DNA from: Cyanophora paradoxa CCMP329 | Taxonomy: Eukaryota > Plantae > Glaucophyta | Direction of reading: 5' to 3' | Length of the DNA: 64,000 nt | Assembly (NCBI GenBank): GCA_004431415.1 | Contig: QPMI01000560.1 | Span: forward strand, 62,001-126,000 | Shown: positions 10,915 to 23,047 of the stretch, one piece after another | Position numbering within the stretch: the first letter of the stretch is position 1 | Layout of the letters: every line of letters starts with the position of its first letter | Notes under the pieces: model-generated | Told to the model about the DNA's origin: nothing | Databases searched by the model: none | Seen by the model: only the letters and a program-made list of their open reading frames with translations | Program-made: the position numbers and the translations under genes

Positions 10915-12748
10915 ATGCCCGCGGCCTTTGCCGCATCTATCGGGGCGCCGAGGCCGACGGCGGCCGAAGCGCTTTCGTGGCGGTCGAGCGTCGCCCCGAT
11001 CCGTCCGCCGCGTCGATGCGACGTACCAGCTGCAGCCCCGTCTGCAGCGCCGTCGTGCTCGGCGGATCCTGAGCCTGGTGGCCGCGGCGAGGAGCTGAGC
11101 CCGCTGCGCAAGGTTTACTGGTTTGGGTATGCGGTCCGCGCGGTTAGCTTCACATGGCACAGTGCGTCCGCCGTGCGAGCAGCTGGGCGTACGCGCCGCT
11201 CAACAACGGTGGCACAGCGGGGTGGCGGGTGATGATGGGCCAGCTGGCGCCCTCTTCAAAGAGCGGCGCGTACGTGAGGCCGAACAGCTCGTTCCGCGAG
11301 CGCATCGACGCGGACGGGCCGTTCAAGCCGGAGGCAGTGCGCCCCGCCCGATCGCCCGCCCGCGCGCGCGCTTCGTCGCGCGAGCTCTGAGAACGGGACG
11401 GCGCCCTCTCCTGCAGGGCCGGTACCGTCTCTTCGTTGGCTGGGGCTGCCCCTGGGCCCACCGCTGCCTGCTCGTGCGGGCCCTAAAGGGACTCGAGGTG
11501 CCACCTCGCCCGGCGGCCCCCGCGCGGCCCCGCCGCCGAGCACCCATCGCTGCAGGACGTCATCTCCGTCACGTTCTGCTGCCCCACAAACTACGGTCAG
11601 CGCGCGCGCGCGCCGCGCCCGCCCGGCCCGCCTCGCCGCGTCGCCGACGGCGCGGGGCGCCGCAGGCCTCTGGGGCTTCTCGGAGGAGGAGCCGGACCCG
11701 ATCCGCGGGAGCCGGAACCTGCGGGAGCTGTACCTGAGCGCCTCGCCGGGGTACCGCGGCAAGTCGACGGTGCCGATGCTCTTCGACGAGCGCACGGGTC
11801 GCGTCGTCAACAACGAGTCGAGCGAGATCGTCCGCATGCTCGGCAGCGCATTCGACGGGCCCGGGCTCGCGCGGCGGCCGGAGCTGGACCTGTACCCCCC
11901 TGCGCTGCGGGGGGAGATCGACGGGGTGAACGCGTGGGTCTACGAGGGACTCAACAACGGAGTATACCGCGCCGGCTTCGCCCAGACCCAGCAGGGTCCG
12001 CCTCCAGGCCTCCCTACCCCGCCGCCGCCGCCACGCCGCGGCTGCGCCCGCCCTGCTCAGCGCCGGGCAGCGTACGAAGAGGCGGTGGGCGACGTCTTCC
12101 GCGCCCTGGACCGCATGGAGGAGATCCTCTCCAGGCAAAGGCGCCCGCGCCCCGCCCCCCCGCCCGCCTGGCCCCTCGTGCTTCCCCTCTGACGCCGGCG
12201 GGGCGGGGCCGGGCAGGTACCTGTGCGGGGAGGCGCTGACGGAGGCGGACGTGCGCGCCTTCCCGACCCTCGTCCGCTTCGACAGCGCATACTACGGTCC
12301 GCCCCCTCGGCCCCCGCCGCTTTCCGAATCCCCGCCGGGCCGACCCGCCCCGACCCCGATCAGGCCTCTTCCGGTGCAACCTGCGCCGCCTCGCCGACTA
12401 CCCGAACCTCCTGGGGTACACGCGGGTGCGCTGCACAGGAATAACCGTATCAGCGGGGCGCCGGGTTGCAGCCGACATCGGGGCCGGGGCCAGGAGCTGT
12501 ACCAGATGCCGGGGGTGCGGGGGACGGTGGACCTGGGGCGCGTGAAGGAGGACTACTACGGGCGGCTCTTCCCCCTGAACCCCTCCGGCATCGTCCCCCT
12601 CGGGCCCGCCGTCGACTTCGACGCCCCGCACGGCCGCGGGCCCGCCGCCCCGCCCCCCGCCGGCGCCGCCACCCAGCACGCCGCCCCCGAGGCGGCGGCC
12701 CCCAGGCCCCCGCGGCCGAGGAAGGGCGGCAAGGCGCCCGGCGCTTAG
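10915..12748 (+). CDS. Plastid-targeted glutathionyl-hydroquinone reductase (GST omega-like/Xi class, YqjG/ECM4 family)
   Basis: MPAAF transit-like start; GRYRLFVGWGCPWAHR, STVPMLFD..VVNNESSEIVRM, LNNGVYRAGFA, LTEADVRAFPTLVRFD, LNPSGIVPLGP. Confidence 0.92.
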
Positions 12749-12814
12749 CTTAGTAAGAGGAGAGCTCGAGCTTTTGATTTGAGGATCATCGGATGGGTAC
12801 TGGGGCCGGCACGG

Positions 12815-13755
12815 TCACTTATTGCCGGCGAGCTTAGTCATCTGGGCGTGCTCCATGCGGTCGAAGCGCGGCGGGCCGGCGGGGTCGCGGGCAGCAAGGA
12901 AGGCCTCGGCGCCGGCGCGCATCGCGGCGCCGATTTCGCTCGCGTAGATTGACTTGTACTTGGAGGGGAAGACGCAGTCGATCGTCTTGTACACGCTCGA
13001 AATAATCTTCCAGCGCGTGTCGTACCGGTCGTACGGCGTCACTGGCGTGCGCGCGCCTCAGGCCGATGGCGAGGGGCGCCGGCAGAGCAGCCGCAGGGTC
13101 GGAGGGGAGGGCGCACGGATGACGGCCGGCTGGAACATCTGCGCGCAGGGGAACTTCATCGCCTTAATGTTCTCCTCCAGCTCCCCCTGCGCGCGGCCCG
13201 TCATCCACACCGCGCGGCGCCGCGCGCGGGGGCTAGGTGCCGGCGGGTGGCCGGCGCCGCGCGCGCGCCTTCATGCGGACGAGCGCGATGCTGCTCTTGG
13301 CGTCGCTGCCGACTGCGGAGAGCTGCGCGATGTACGGGATGTCGGCCTCCTTGCACGCCTTGGCGAACTGTGTGTTGAGGCCGACGTCGACGCGGTAGTG
13401 CTCCTCTTTCGATACCTTGCTCGGCTGGCCCACGCCGAGGCACGAGAAGGCCGCATCGTGGCCGCGTACGTGCGTCTTTGCGCTCTCGTACATGTCGTCC
13501 AGGTTCACCACATGCTGCTTCACCTGCGCCCCGCCGTGAGCCCGCGGTGCACCGGCCGCGGTTAACAAGCTTAAGCGCCCGGCCCAGCGCAGCCGGCACC
13601 TTCGGGTTTGACGTGATGTCTGCCTCGGGGTGGTTGCGCCGGACGAGCAGAGTTACGGACGTGCATTTCGCCGACTCAATGAGCGAGCGGACGAGGCCAC
13701 TCCCCACTGCGCCTGTCGCGCCGACTACAACGGCCTTGTACTCCGGTGTCGCCAT
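12815..13755 (-). CDS. HTATIP2: HTATIP2/TIP30-like NAD(P)-binding oxidoreductase
   Basis: AVVVGATGAVG Rossmann motif, HDAAFSCLG, RVDVGLN..FAKACK, RMKGELEE. Confidence 0.85.
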
Positions 13756-14121
13756 CGATCGCCCTCAATAGAAGCCGTGCCGGGCCTCGAAAGGCGTCTG
13801 AGCGGAAGTCGGAGGCCTGGGCGCCGCGGTCACTGTGTGCGATCGAAGGTCCGAGGTTGGGAAGGCGGGCGTACGCACTGCAACCGGTCGCCGAATCCTG
13901 AATGCGTTCGACTTAAGCCAGCGGGCGGTGATTCGCCTGTGAATAGTTGACCCGACGTACCTGAACGTCGGTCCAGGGGGTTCGAAGCTCCGGCGGGTAC
14001 GGCAAGCTCGAGTGCCGCCTCTTGGACGCGCGATCCGGCAGTCTGGCCCTCGGCTCAGCTCCTTTTGTTGCCAACAAGCCGTTCGCGCACTCCCCCGCCG
14101 GCGGCCTGGATCGCCGCCGCG

Positions 14122-14681
14122 ATGCGCACTCTTCGCTGCGTTTTTTCGGGCGATCCGTTGTCGGCGGAGCAGGGCTTCCCTCGCCGGATCGTGGACGACG
14201 TCTGGCAGGAGCTCACCGGCAGCCTGATCATCGCCGAGTCCACGGATGCAGCCGGAGCGCGAAGCGCCGTGGACGTAGAAAGGCGCCTGCGGCTCGTGCC
14301 GATGCAGGTGGAGAGCGATGAGTTCAGCGAGCTCTTCCTCTCGTACATGCGGCGCCTCTCGGCGGTGGTCAACGAGGAGCGCGCGGACGTTATCTGGCGG
14401 AGCGCTCCCGCGGTCCTGCAGCAGGCGCTCGCGTGCTGGGACGAGGTGCAGGTCTTCGAAGGCGCCAGCCGCGACCCCGAAGGCGGGCTGGTCATTCGGC
14501 TGTACGCGGACGACGGCATCACGCCGAAGGTGCGCTCCATGGCCAGGCCGGTACCTACGAGAGATTGCGGTCCCATCTCATGATCAGTGCATCGCGTGCC
14601 GTGCAGTACTATGCTCTCCTCGACGGCCTGAAGCTGGACGATCGGCACGAGGCCGCGGATCTGGGCCCGGACGTGTCCTGA
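14122..14681 (+). CDS. Divergent translationally controlled tumour protein (TCTP)-like, 2 exons
   Basis: MRTLRCVFSGDPL..IVDDVW.E.TG, FLSYMRRL, VQVFEGASRDPEGGLVIRLYADDGITPKYYALLDGLK align by eye with TCTP signatures. Confidence 0.7.
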
Positions 14682-15179
14682 GCGATGTCCTCCGACTGAA
14701 GATCTAGAACTTTTGATATCGACCTCTTTTGACACTCAGCCTGTGTCTCAAGGCACCGGTGGGCTCCGCGTGCGTCACCTGCGTAAAATTATCCTGTCAC
14801 CCTCGCGCGCGCATCTGTCGCTCGCGGGGAGCTGACCTCTGTCCCAGGCCCGGCGCTTCCTTGAATTCGAATTCGAAGAGCAAGGCGCAATCGAGGCCAC
14901 CTTCATGGCACCGCGGTCATCGGATCGAGACATAGCGAGGAGTATTCGAGCTCGAGGCGAGCTGCAGCCTGGCAAAGCACCACAATCCTCGGATCAAGGC
15001 AGCGCGAAAGCACTCTCTGGCATTGCATCGGGTCCCCTGCGTGCATCGTGCCAAGGAGCAAGTGAAACGAATCTGACTCCTAGCCTTCAGGCTAAACTTA
15101 CACTGCACCGCTACAATACTCTGTCCCTGTCTCTGAAATACGTACGCTGCGTACCCTGTCTGTAAATTGAAAGAGTCCC

Positions 15180-18150
15180 TCACAGGAAAGGGTTGGGGAG
15201 GGGGCGGTCGTGGGCGGAGGGGGTGGAGGGGGCGCTCGCGGGGGACCCCGAGGCGGCCTTGGGCGCGTCGGGGGCGGGGCCGGGGGCGCCGGGGAGGCAG
15301 AGGAGGCGGAGCGGGGCGTAGGTGCGTATCTCGAGGGCGGAGGCGCCCTCCTGGAGGGCGTAGGCGAAGGCGGATCGGGCGGGGAACCAGAGCCCGCGCT
15401 GGCTCGCCCGCGCCCGCACGTTCACCTGCGCCCCCAGCGCGATCGTCCCCTTGTCGTTGTTGAAGCGCGCCACCTCCAGCAGGAACGTCCCCTCCGCAAA
15501 CAGCTGCGCCCCGCTGAGCCGGGCGCGGCCCGCGAGGCCGGGGCGAGGGGCGGGGGCGGGCCTGGGGCCGGGCGGAGAGCTGCGCCAGGACACGGGAGCG
15601 CAGCACAGCGACCTTCGAGGCCGGCGTGTCGAAGTCCACCTGCGGGGGTACGGCGAATTAGCGACGGAGGACGATGGGAGGGGGGTACGTGCCTCGAGCT
15701 CGAGGCGGATCATGACGTGGTGGGCTCGCGAGAGGTTCATGAGCTCGCAGCGCGCCAGCCGCGCGTTCGACAGCGTCACGCTCTCGCCCTATACCCCCGT
15801 GCCGGTCAAGGGGAAGTCCGAAGTGCACGGGGAGAGGGCCGGGGCGGGAGGCACGCCTCAATGCGATGGCAGACGGTCGTCATGAGGCGAATCTGCGTGG
15901 GCCTAAGCGGCGCGCGGCCCACGGGGGGGAGAGGCGCTTCTGCACCCTGTCGACGACGTAGATCTGCCCCGTGCGATCTGCGCGCGCGGCAGCATACAGG
16001 CCGGTGAGAGGCCGAGGCCGAAACCGAGGGCGGGGCGGGGCGGGGCGGGCCGATGGAGATCTCCTCGCCGACGGAGTAGGGGGCCTCGACGAAGACCATG
16101 ATGAGGCTCTCGAAGATGCCCTTCACCGTCTCCCCCAGGGCGAAGCTGAGGGCGAGGAAGAGGGAGCCGAGGGGGATGACGACGCGGTAGACGTCGACGC
16201 CCACCCAGATGAGCCCGCAGAGCGCCGCCAGGATCCAGAACGCGAAGTCGATAATCTGGTCCAGCACCCCGCCTGCACGAGAAGCGCCTCAGAGGCCCGG
16301 GAAGCAGGCTGCGGATTGGGGGCGCGCCGATCTGGGTCTGGTCGCGGAGCTGCTTGGAGAGGCGCTCGCGCTCCTGGCAGACCCGCACGATCGACCGCAC
16401 CGCCGCCTCGTACGTCGCCCCGGCCCCGGCCCCCTCCGCCCGATCCTGCCCGAGCGCTGTCGGAAGGAGGAGGCAGCAGCAGTTGGGAGGGGTCGCGCTG
16501 GGGGCGGACGAGGTCGAAGAGTCTGAGGGCCTCGGCGGAGTGCTCGCGCCCGACGACCCGCTCCACGTCCGCCCGCGAGAGCGTCCCCGCCCCCACCGCC
16601 GGCGAGGGCGCCGCCACCCGCCGCTGGCTCCGCTGCTGCTGCTCCTCCCCCTCCTCCCCCGTCCCCGGCGGCGTCGGCGTCCCCGGCGGGGGCGGCGGCG
16701 AGGGCGCGGGGGGCACGCCGGCGCCCCCGGCGGGGCCCACGGGGGCGCGGGGAAGGGGAGGACTGGGGCCGGGAGGCGAGGCCGACGGTGCGCTGCCAGA
16801 TCTCGGCGGCCATGGCGCGGGCGGCGCGCAGCGTGGCGACGTCGTCCCCCGAGGCGCCCTCGTCGAGAATCGGCTCAAAGCCGACCCCGCTCCGCCGCAC
16901 GTTCTCCGCCAGCTTCCGCAGCTGCCGCAGCCCGGGCAGGCCCTCCCCGCCCCGGGGCCCGCCCGCGGCGACCGCAGCCGGCTCAGGATGCGCTCTGCGC
17001 GGCCCCGCGTGGGTGAGCCGCCCGCGGCGGCGGACGCGGCGGCGGCGGCGGGGCAGGCCGTGGAGGATGGAGAGGCGGATCTCGTCGTAGAGGCTGCGGG
17101 TGAGCACGCGCCCGCCCACCGCCTTCGCCGCCACGTTCTGTCCCGCCCTCGCTCAGCTCTGCTTCTGCCGGCGCGGGGGCGGGGGCGGGGGCCGGCCTTC
17201 AAAACGCGGGCGGCGGAGATTGCGACGAGGGCCTCGGCGAGGCGGTTGGAGATGAAGCTCAGGTTGTGCGTCTCGTCGATGCCCGCCAGCACGGGGCTCC
17301 ACGCGATCTTGAACACCAGCGCTGCCGCCCCCCTCAGACAAGCGCGCCCGAGAGCAGCGCGGAGGCGCCGGCGCGGCACCAACGAAGCTGACGCGGATGC
17401 CGCTCTCGATGCCCTGCACGAGGAGGAAGGCCGCGTCGACCTTGAGGCTCCACTGCAGGACGACGAGGACGCCCTTGCAGGCGAGCCGCGCCAGCCACAC
17501 GGCCAGCGTCACGATGCTCAGAAAGACGCCCCAGCGGAGCACCGTGACCCCGAGCACCGTCGCCCCGGGCTCCTTCACCTGCACCAGCACGCCCACCCCG
17601 ACGAAGAGCACGATGAGCGCCAATGAAGCGAGACTGCGGCCGCGGCGACGAGGGTCAGCAGCGCCTATAGCACTGCGGCGTGCACAGCAGCGCCTGGCTC
17701 TGCACCCATGATACAGTTTCAGGTGTCGCTTGGCGAATATGAACTGAGGGTTCGTCGACAGCGTGTTCTGCAGCGGCTGCGGGGGGTCAATGCTGGTTCT
17801 ACAGCTGGAGCGAGGCTTCTAGCGACACCGCAAGCGAAGTGCACCGGCGCGGCGCTCGCATTCATACGCGTCGGCGCGCTGCGCCTCTGGCGGGTCGAGC
17901 CGCGCGTGCGCTCGCATGACTTATCTCCCGCCTCTCGATGCATGACTAGTTTAGCCACTGCGCTGTATGTGTGGCGAACCTCGACCTCGAAGCGGTGCTC
18001 CTCCTCGACGCTCCCTTCTTGCGAGGCCATCGGCTGCATCATTTTGGAGCGGACTACGCCGCCCGCGAGGGGCTGCAGAGGCCTAGGTTGCCGCGCGCTG
18101 TGCAAATTACGTACCCAGACCGGTCTCAACCCCCTGGCCGCGCCCGACAT
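15180..18150 (-). CDS. MscS-like mechanosensitive channel (eukaryotic MSL type), multi-exon
   Basis: N-terminal TM helices; SLFLALSFALGETVKGIFESLIMVFVEAPYSVGE, IRLMTTV, SNARLA..MNLSRA, VDFDTP. Start may instead be near 18040. Confidence 0.85.
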
Positions 18151-18206
18151 TTGATCTCCGGTCGCGGCCCTCGCGCGCGGGAACTCGGACTCGGATCTGG
18201 CCTATA

Positions 18207-18274
18207 GCAGGAGAGAGCCCCGTTGATCCGGAGGCACTATCCGGAGGCAGGAGAGAACCCCGTTGATCCGGAGG
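18207..18274. repeat. Tandem duplication with 40-nt period (gcaggagaga.ccccgttgatccggagg)
   Basis: Copies at 18207-18234 and 18247-18274. Confidence 0.8.
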
Positions 18275-18649
18275 ATACTCGTGTACGGCGTTGTACACGT
18301 GGCTACGTCTACCTGAACTACTGTAGGTCTCTATATAGCTACGGGCCGGAAACTCGTTTCTCAGGGCCGCGGATTTGAAGCACCAGGCTTGCCGCTGAGA
18401 GTGCTGAACTGCTGCAGCTGCTAGCTCAGGCGACTGTACGTCGGGCCTGGCCTAGCACCAACTCCAGAGTTGCCAGTCTAACCACTGGCCGGGCTGTCTC
18501 AGGCCGCCGGGCTGGTGCGCGCATGCTTCAAGTTCCGTGAGGGTGACAGCTGCAGGCTGAGCCAGTCACTGAGCGGGCTGTGCCTTCTCGTGGCTGCAGG
18601 CGGGCCGCCGAACAGCTGCAGACGCCTCTGCGGTGCAGCAGGCCGCGGG

Positions 18650-19873
18650 CTAGAGCAGCTTCTGGATGTCGGCGGCGAGGGCCTTGGCCGCAACGTTGGG
18701 GCCGTACCGCCGCACCACGTTGCCCTCCCTGTCCACCAGAAACTTGGCTGCAGGCCCACCACGTCAGCGAACGAGCGCGGCTCGCGCGGGGGGAGCTGGG
18801 CCGCGCACTGAAGTTCCACTTGATGCCGTCGGTCATCCTGCGACCGAGGGCGGCGCGGCTCAGAGAGCGGGGCGCGGGGCCGGCGCAGGGCCGAAGCACC
18901 AGCCGGGGGCCTTCTTCCGGAGGAACACCCATAGCGGGTCCGCATCCGCCCCGTTCACGTCGATCTGCGCGCGCGCCGGCCCCTTCAGTCCACGTTCACG
19001 TCCGACCAGATCTACAGCGTGGGCGGGGACAGCGCGCGCGCTCGCGCGCGCCTTGTCGAAGATGCGGAAGGTGACCTTCGACAAGATCAATACGGACAAG
19101 CGGTGGAAGAGATGAGGAGGAGCGGCGGACCTTGAAAGAGGAGCAGGCAAAGACCGTGATCTTGTCCTTCTTCCACGGCTCCTGCTTCCCGAACCTGCGC
19201 GCCGCCCGCCCGTCCGCCTCAGCGCCGCGATGCAGCCGGAACACCCCCGGAGCCCGCAGCCGGCCGCACTGGTTGCAAGGGAATGCGAGGATTTCGAGCC
19301 CCTTGTCCTTGTACTGATTGTAGAGCTCTGTCAACTGCACTCGGCCGCTAGCGCTGTCAGCGCACCCGCGCGACACGGCCGCACACGCGGCAGGCGCCCG
19401 ATGCCGAGCCACGCACTTGCGGGTAGTCGCGTCCTGTCAAGCCGCACTTGCTGGCGACCTGTGCATGCATGGGGAGAACCGGGTAAGCCGCACGTCGCAC
19501 GCGCACGGGCCGGGCCGCGGCCGCGCGGCGCCATGCCCCGGACGAGAAGCGCCAGGCATGCTGGGCTGCTGTGCGACTCTACGGTGCGATGCTGCGCACG
19601 TTTGTGATAAGGAGGACCTTCCCCTGCGCGCGCGCGCGTGAATTCGAGCGAAGCGCGTGTCACGGCGAGCGGTTGCTGGCCACAGCTACTGGCACACGCA
19701 GCGTACATACTCGGACGAACCTTGTACTCTTTGAGGTCGACGCGCAGCTCGTTGTCGTACACGGAAAAATCCGTGACCTTCTCCTTCCCCGCGATCTTGG
19801 CGTCATCGTCTTTTGACGTGGAAGTTCCCATCGCACAAGCGAACGAGACGAGCGCGGAAATGAGGGCACCCAT
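18650..19873 (-). CDS. GPX: Cys-type glutathione peroxidase (PHGPx-like)
   Basis: Spliced: GKVLLITNVASKCGLT, LEILAFPCNQFGKQEP, IDVNG, IKWNF.KFLVDREG. The catalytic codon is TGC. Confidence 0.93.
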
Positions 19874-19990
19874 GCAGCTGGATCCTCTACCCCTCCAGAA
19901 GAACTTCCCCGCAAGCGCGGCAAAACTTCGAGCGCGCAGCGGTGCTCGTGTAGCAGCGTCAGTTTCTTGCTCGAGCAGAGCGCAGCCGCG

Positions 19991-20215
19991 ATGGTCCGTT
20001 CCAACCCTCCGGGCTTCCAGCGTTTGGCCGGGGTGACGACCTACGCGCCCATCGCGGATCTTGCCATCAGGATTATCTGTATCCTCTCTGTGCTTTTCAC
20101 GCTCGCAATGTTGGTGCGCACGGAGCGGTCCCCGCCTTGCGAGCTAGAGCGCCACACGCCGCCGACGCTCACAACTTCGCAGATCTGGGCGGGGACGAAC
20201 CAGCGCATCCCTTGA
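19991..20215 (+). CDS. 51-aa single-pass membrane microprotein, 2 exons
   Basis: ATG 19991; GTGCGC..CTCAC..CAG intron 20114-20182; product MVRSNPPGFQRLAGVTTYAPIADLAIRIICILSVLFTLAMLIWAGTNQRIP; head-to-head with GPx. Confidence 0.6.
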   Translation: MVRSNPPGFQRLAGVTTYAPIADLAIRIICILSVLFTLAMLVRTERSPPCELERHTPPTLTTSQIWAGTNQRIP

Positions 20216-20502
20216 GAGCGGGAACGCAAACGCAGTGATCACTCAACCTGAACGCGGCCCTTCGGCGAGCCCGTTCCAGCACACCCTCCGGAACCTGCAG
20301 CGGAACCTGCAGCCTTTAGGTGCCGCTTTTACTCCGCGATCTTGCATTCGGCTACAAGATTGACGGCCCGGTAGCGCCGCACCATGACTCGGCTTTGTGT
20401 GTTCAACGGTTTTTGAATGCATGCAGTGTTTAATTTCTTTTGTGTGCGGCGTCGCTTTGCGTTCTCGGCCCGGGCAGTGGGCAGGACTCGCGGGAAGCGC
20501 AT

Positions 20503-20545
20503 CTGGCCTCAGTGGCCTCACTGGCCTCAGTGGCCTCACTGGCCT
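20503..20545. repeat. 9-bp tandem repeat (tggcctca[g/c]) x about 4.5
   Basis: Directly visible upstream of the BTB-WD40 gene. Confidence 0.85.
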
Positions 20546-20684
20546 GCTGGCCAAGGGTACCACGCATTGCAAACTCCGCATGTCGGCGTGGATTTCGCTG
20601 TAGAAGCTTGCGTCCGAGCCCCTTGTGTTAGCTACGACCGTTCTTCTCGCCAGGGGGTGCCGGCCGCTCGCGCGGCCTTCAGCA

Positions 20685-22825
20685 ATGAGCCTCGCTCCAC
20701 CGGCCCGGCCAGGCGCGGTTATGCGAACAAATCCCGTGGCGTCCTCAGCATCAGCTGCCTCCTTGGTCCAACCGACAGCTGTGCCGTCGCCAGCCCCGTC
20801 GCCGACGCCGCCTTCGGCCCCGGGGTCGGTTTCCGCGAGCTCAAGCGAATGGATCCGCCTCAACGTGGGCGGAAGGACGTTCCTCACCACGCGGTCTACG
20901 CTGACGGTGGAAGAGGTTCGAGCCTCCCTCTCAAGTGGCTCCCGCTCAATCGCTTTTGTGTACGCGCCAAATCAAAGCAAATGAGCGCGCCGCTTTGCAG
21001 GATTCGATGCTGGCCGTCTTGTTCGGCGGAGACCGCTGGAGATCAAGCCGAGATGAGACCGGAGCTGTGATGCTGGACAGAGAGCCTCGGTATTTCGCGC
21101 CGCTGCTGAACTACTTGCGCACGGGCGAGTGCTCAAAGCTCTGCCTCGTATGCCGCGCGCGGCTGACCTGTGCGGCGATGCAGGTCGCATCATTTTGGAT
21201 CCAGATATCAATCCCGAAGGGTGCGCCTCGCCCGCCTCTGGCTCTCGCATCGATCCGCCCTGAGCGGCTGCCTCGCGAGCAGAGTCCTGGAGGAGGCGCG
21301 GTTCTTCAACGTGCAGAGCGCAGTGCACGCCCTGGAGGCGATGATAAAGAGGCAGCGCGCCCACGGCGGCGACGAGGACGAGGTACGCACTGCTGCGAGC
21401 TCGCGGCCCCCGACGAAGCGCGCGCGCGCGAGACGGCGGGAGCGTGCAGATGCTGCCGCCGAGCGAGTGGCGGGTGGTGAAGCGGATCGAGGGGCTGGGG
21501 ACGATCTACTGCCTGGCGTCGGACGTGCAGGACGGGGGGCACCGGCTCTTCGCCGGCAGCTCCGACAACTCGGTCCGCGTCATCGACACGGAGACGTGGA
21601 CCGTCGAGCGCACCCTCCTCGGCCACACCTCCAACGTCCAGGCCCTCGCCATCTCCTCCCGCGGCTTCCTGTGCCCCCCTCCCCGCCCCGCCCCGCCCGC
21701 CCGCCAAGCCCCCCGCTGACGCGCGGTCGTGCAGAATCTCGGGGTCGAGCCGCGAGGCGCAGATGCGGGTCTGGTCGACAGCCACGTGGGCCCTGGTCAA
21801 GCAGCTCGAGGCGCAGCAGGGCGTCACGTGCCTCCTGGTCCGCCCGGCCCCTCCCCGTTCGCGGATGTACCCCCCGCGAGCCCGAGCGGGCCGGGGCGGG
21901 GCGGCAGTGCTCACCGGAGCTGCTCCTCTCGGGGGGCTACGACGCCTCGATCCGCGTCTGGCAGCTCTCCGACTGGAAGTACCGCGGCGAGCTCCTCGGC
22001 GTGCGGCCGTTCCCCGCCCGCCCCGCGCCCCGCCCCGACGCGCCCGACCCGCCGCCGACGGCCGCCGCAGCACTCGGACAGCGTGAGCGCGCTGACGGCG
22101 TGCGGGCAGCGGTTCGCGTCGGCGTCGGCGGACCGCTCGATCCGCATCTGGGACCTCGTCTCGCTGGAGTGCGTGACGGTCATCGCGTGCAGCGCCGTCC
22201 CCTACTGCATCGCCACCGCCGGCGACCGCATCATCGCCGGCAACGTCGACCGCACCATCTGCGTCCGCCCGCCCGCCCGCCCGCCCGCCCGCCCGCCGGG
22301 CGGCGCCCTGCCTCCGGCTCAACGCGCGGGGGCGGGGCAGGAGTGGTCGGCGGGGACGGGCTTCTGCGAGAAGGTGCTCCTCGCGCACGCCGACCTGGTC
22401 TACGCCCTCGCCTGCATCGGGCCCGGGCCCCGCCGCATCCTCTCTGGCTCCAAGGACGCCACGTCCGCCCACCCCGCCCCCGCGCTCGCCCGCCCCGACG
22501 CGGCGGGCAGGATCAAGGCCTGGAACCTGGATACGTGGCGCTGCGAAGGCACCCTCAAGGGCCACTCCGCGGTGCGCCCCGTCGCCCCTCCCCGCGTTCG
22601 CTCGCTCCCGCCTGACCGTAGCCCCCCGCAGGCGGTGTTCAGGTGCAGGGCGCCCCGCCGCGCGCGTCCCGGCCGGCCGCGCGCTGACGCGCAGGCGGCA
22701 GCCTAGTGTCGCTTGGGCGGGGGCTGGTGGTCTCGGGGGCCAAGGACGGCTCGATCGTCGTTTGGTCCTCCGTCGCCGAGGACGAGTTCGACCCGCACCC
22801 GCACTCCTCCCCGCTCCCCGGCTAG
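20685..22825 (+). CDS. KCTD-type BTB/POZ plus WD40-repeat protein
   Basis: WIRLNVGGRTFLTTRSTL..DSML..F..LDREPRYFAPLLNYLRTG..VLEEARFF, followed by WD40 repeats (SGGYDASIRVW, SASADRSIRIW, SGAKDGSIVVW). Confidence 0.88.
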
Positions 22826-23047
22826 TCCGCCCTCCCCCTCCCCCCCCCCCTCCTCCCCCCCCCTCCTCCCCCTCCCTCCCCCGAATCGCCCTCCACGTCC
22901 CCGCTCGCCCTGAGCCCCGCCCCGTTTGGCCCCAGCCCCGCTCCCGCCGCCCGCCCTGCGCACCCCCGCCACTACCCCGACCGGTCCCCTCCTCGCCCTC
23001 GCAAATCGAACCACCGAGCTTTCCGCTCCGTGAGGTCTTTGAGACAG

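Noticed and set aside
13920-14000. tRNA-like element (hairpins plus GGTTCGAA)
   Set aside because: T-loop-like motif only; no proper D arm, anticodon arm or 7-bp acceptor stem can be built.
19440-19460. Selenoprotein GPx with UGA recoding
   Set aside because: The active-site codon is TGC (VASKCGLT); there is no in-frame TGA in the spliced CDS.
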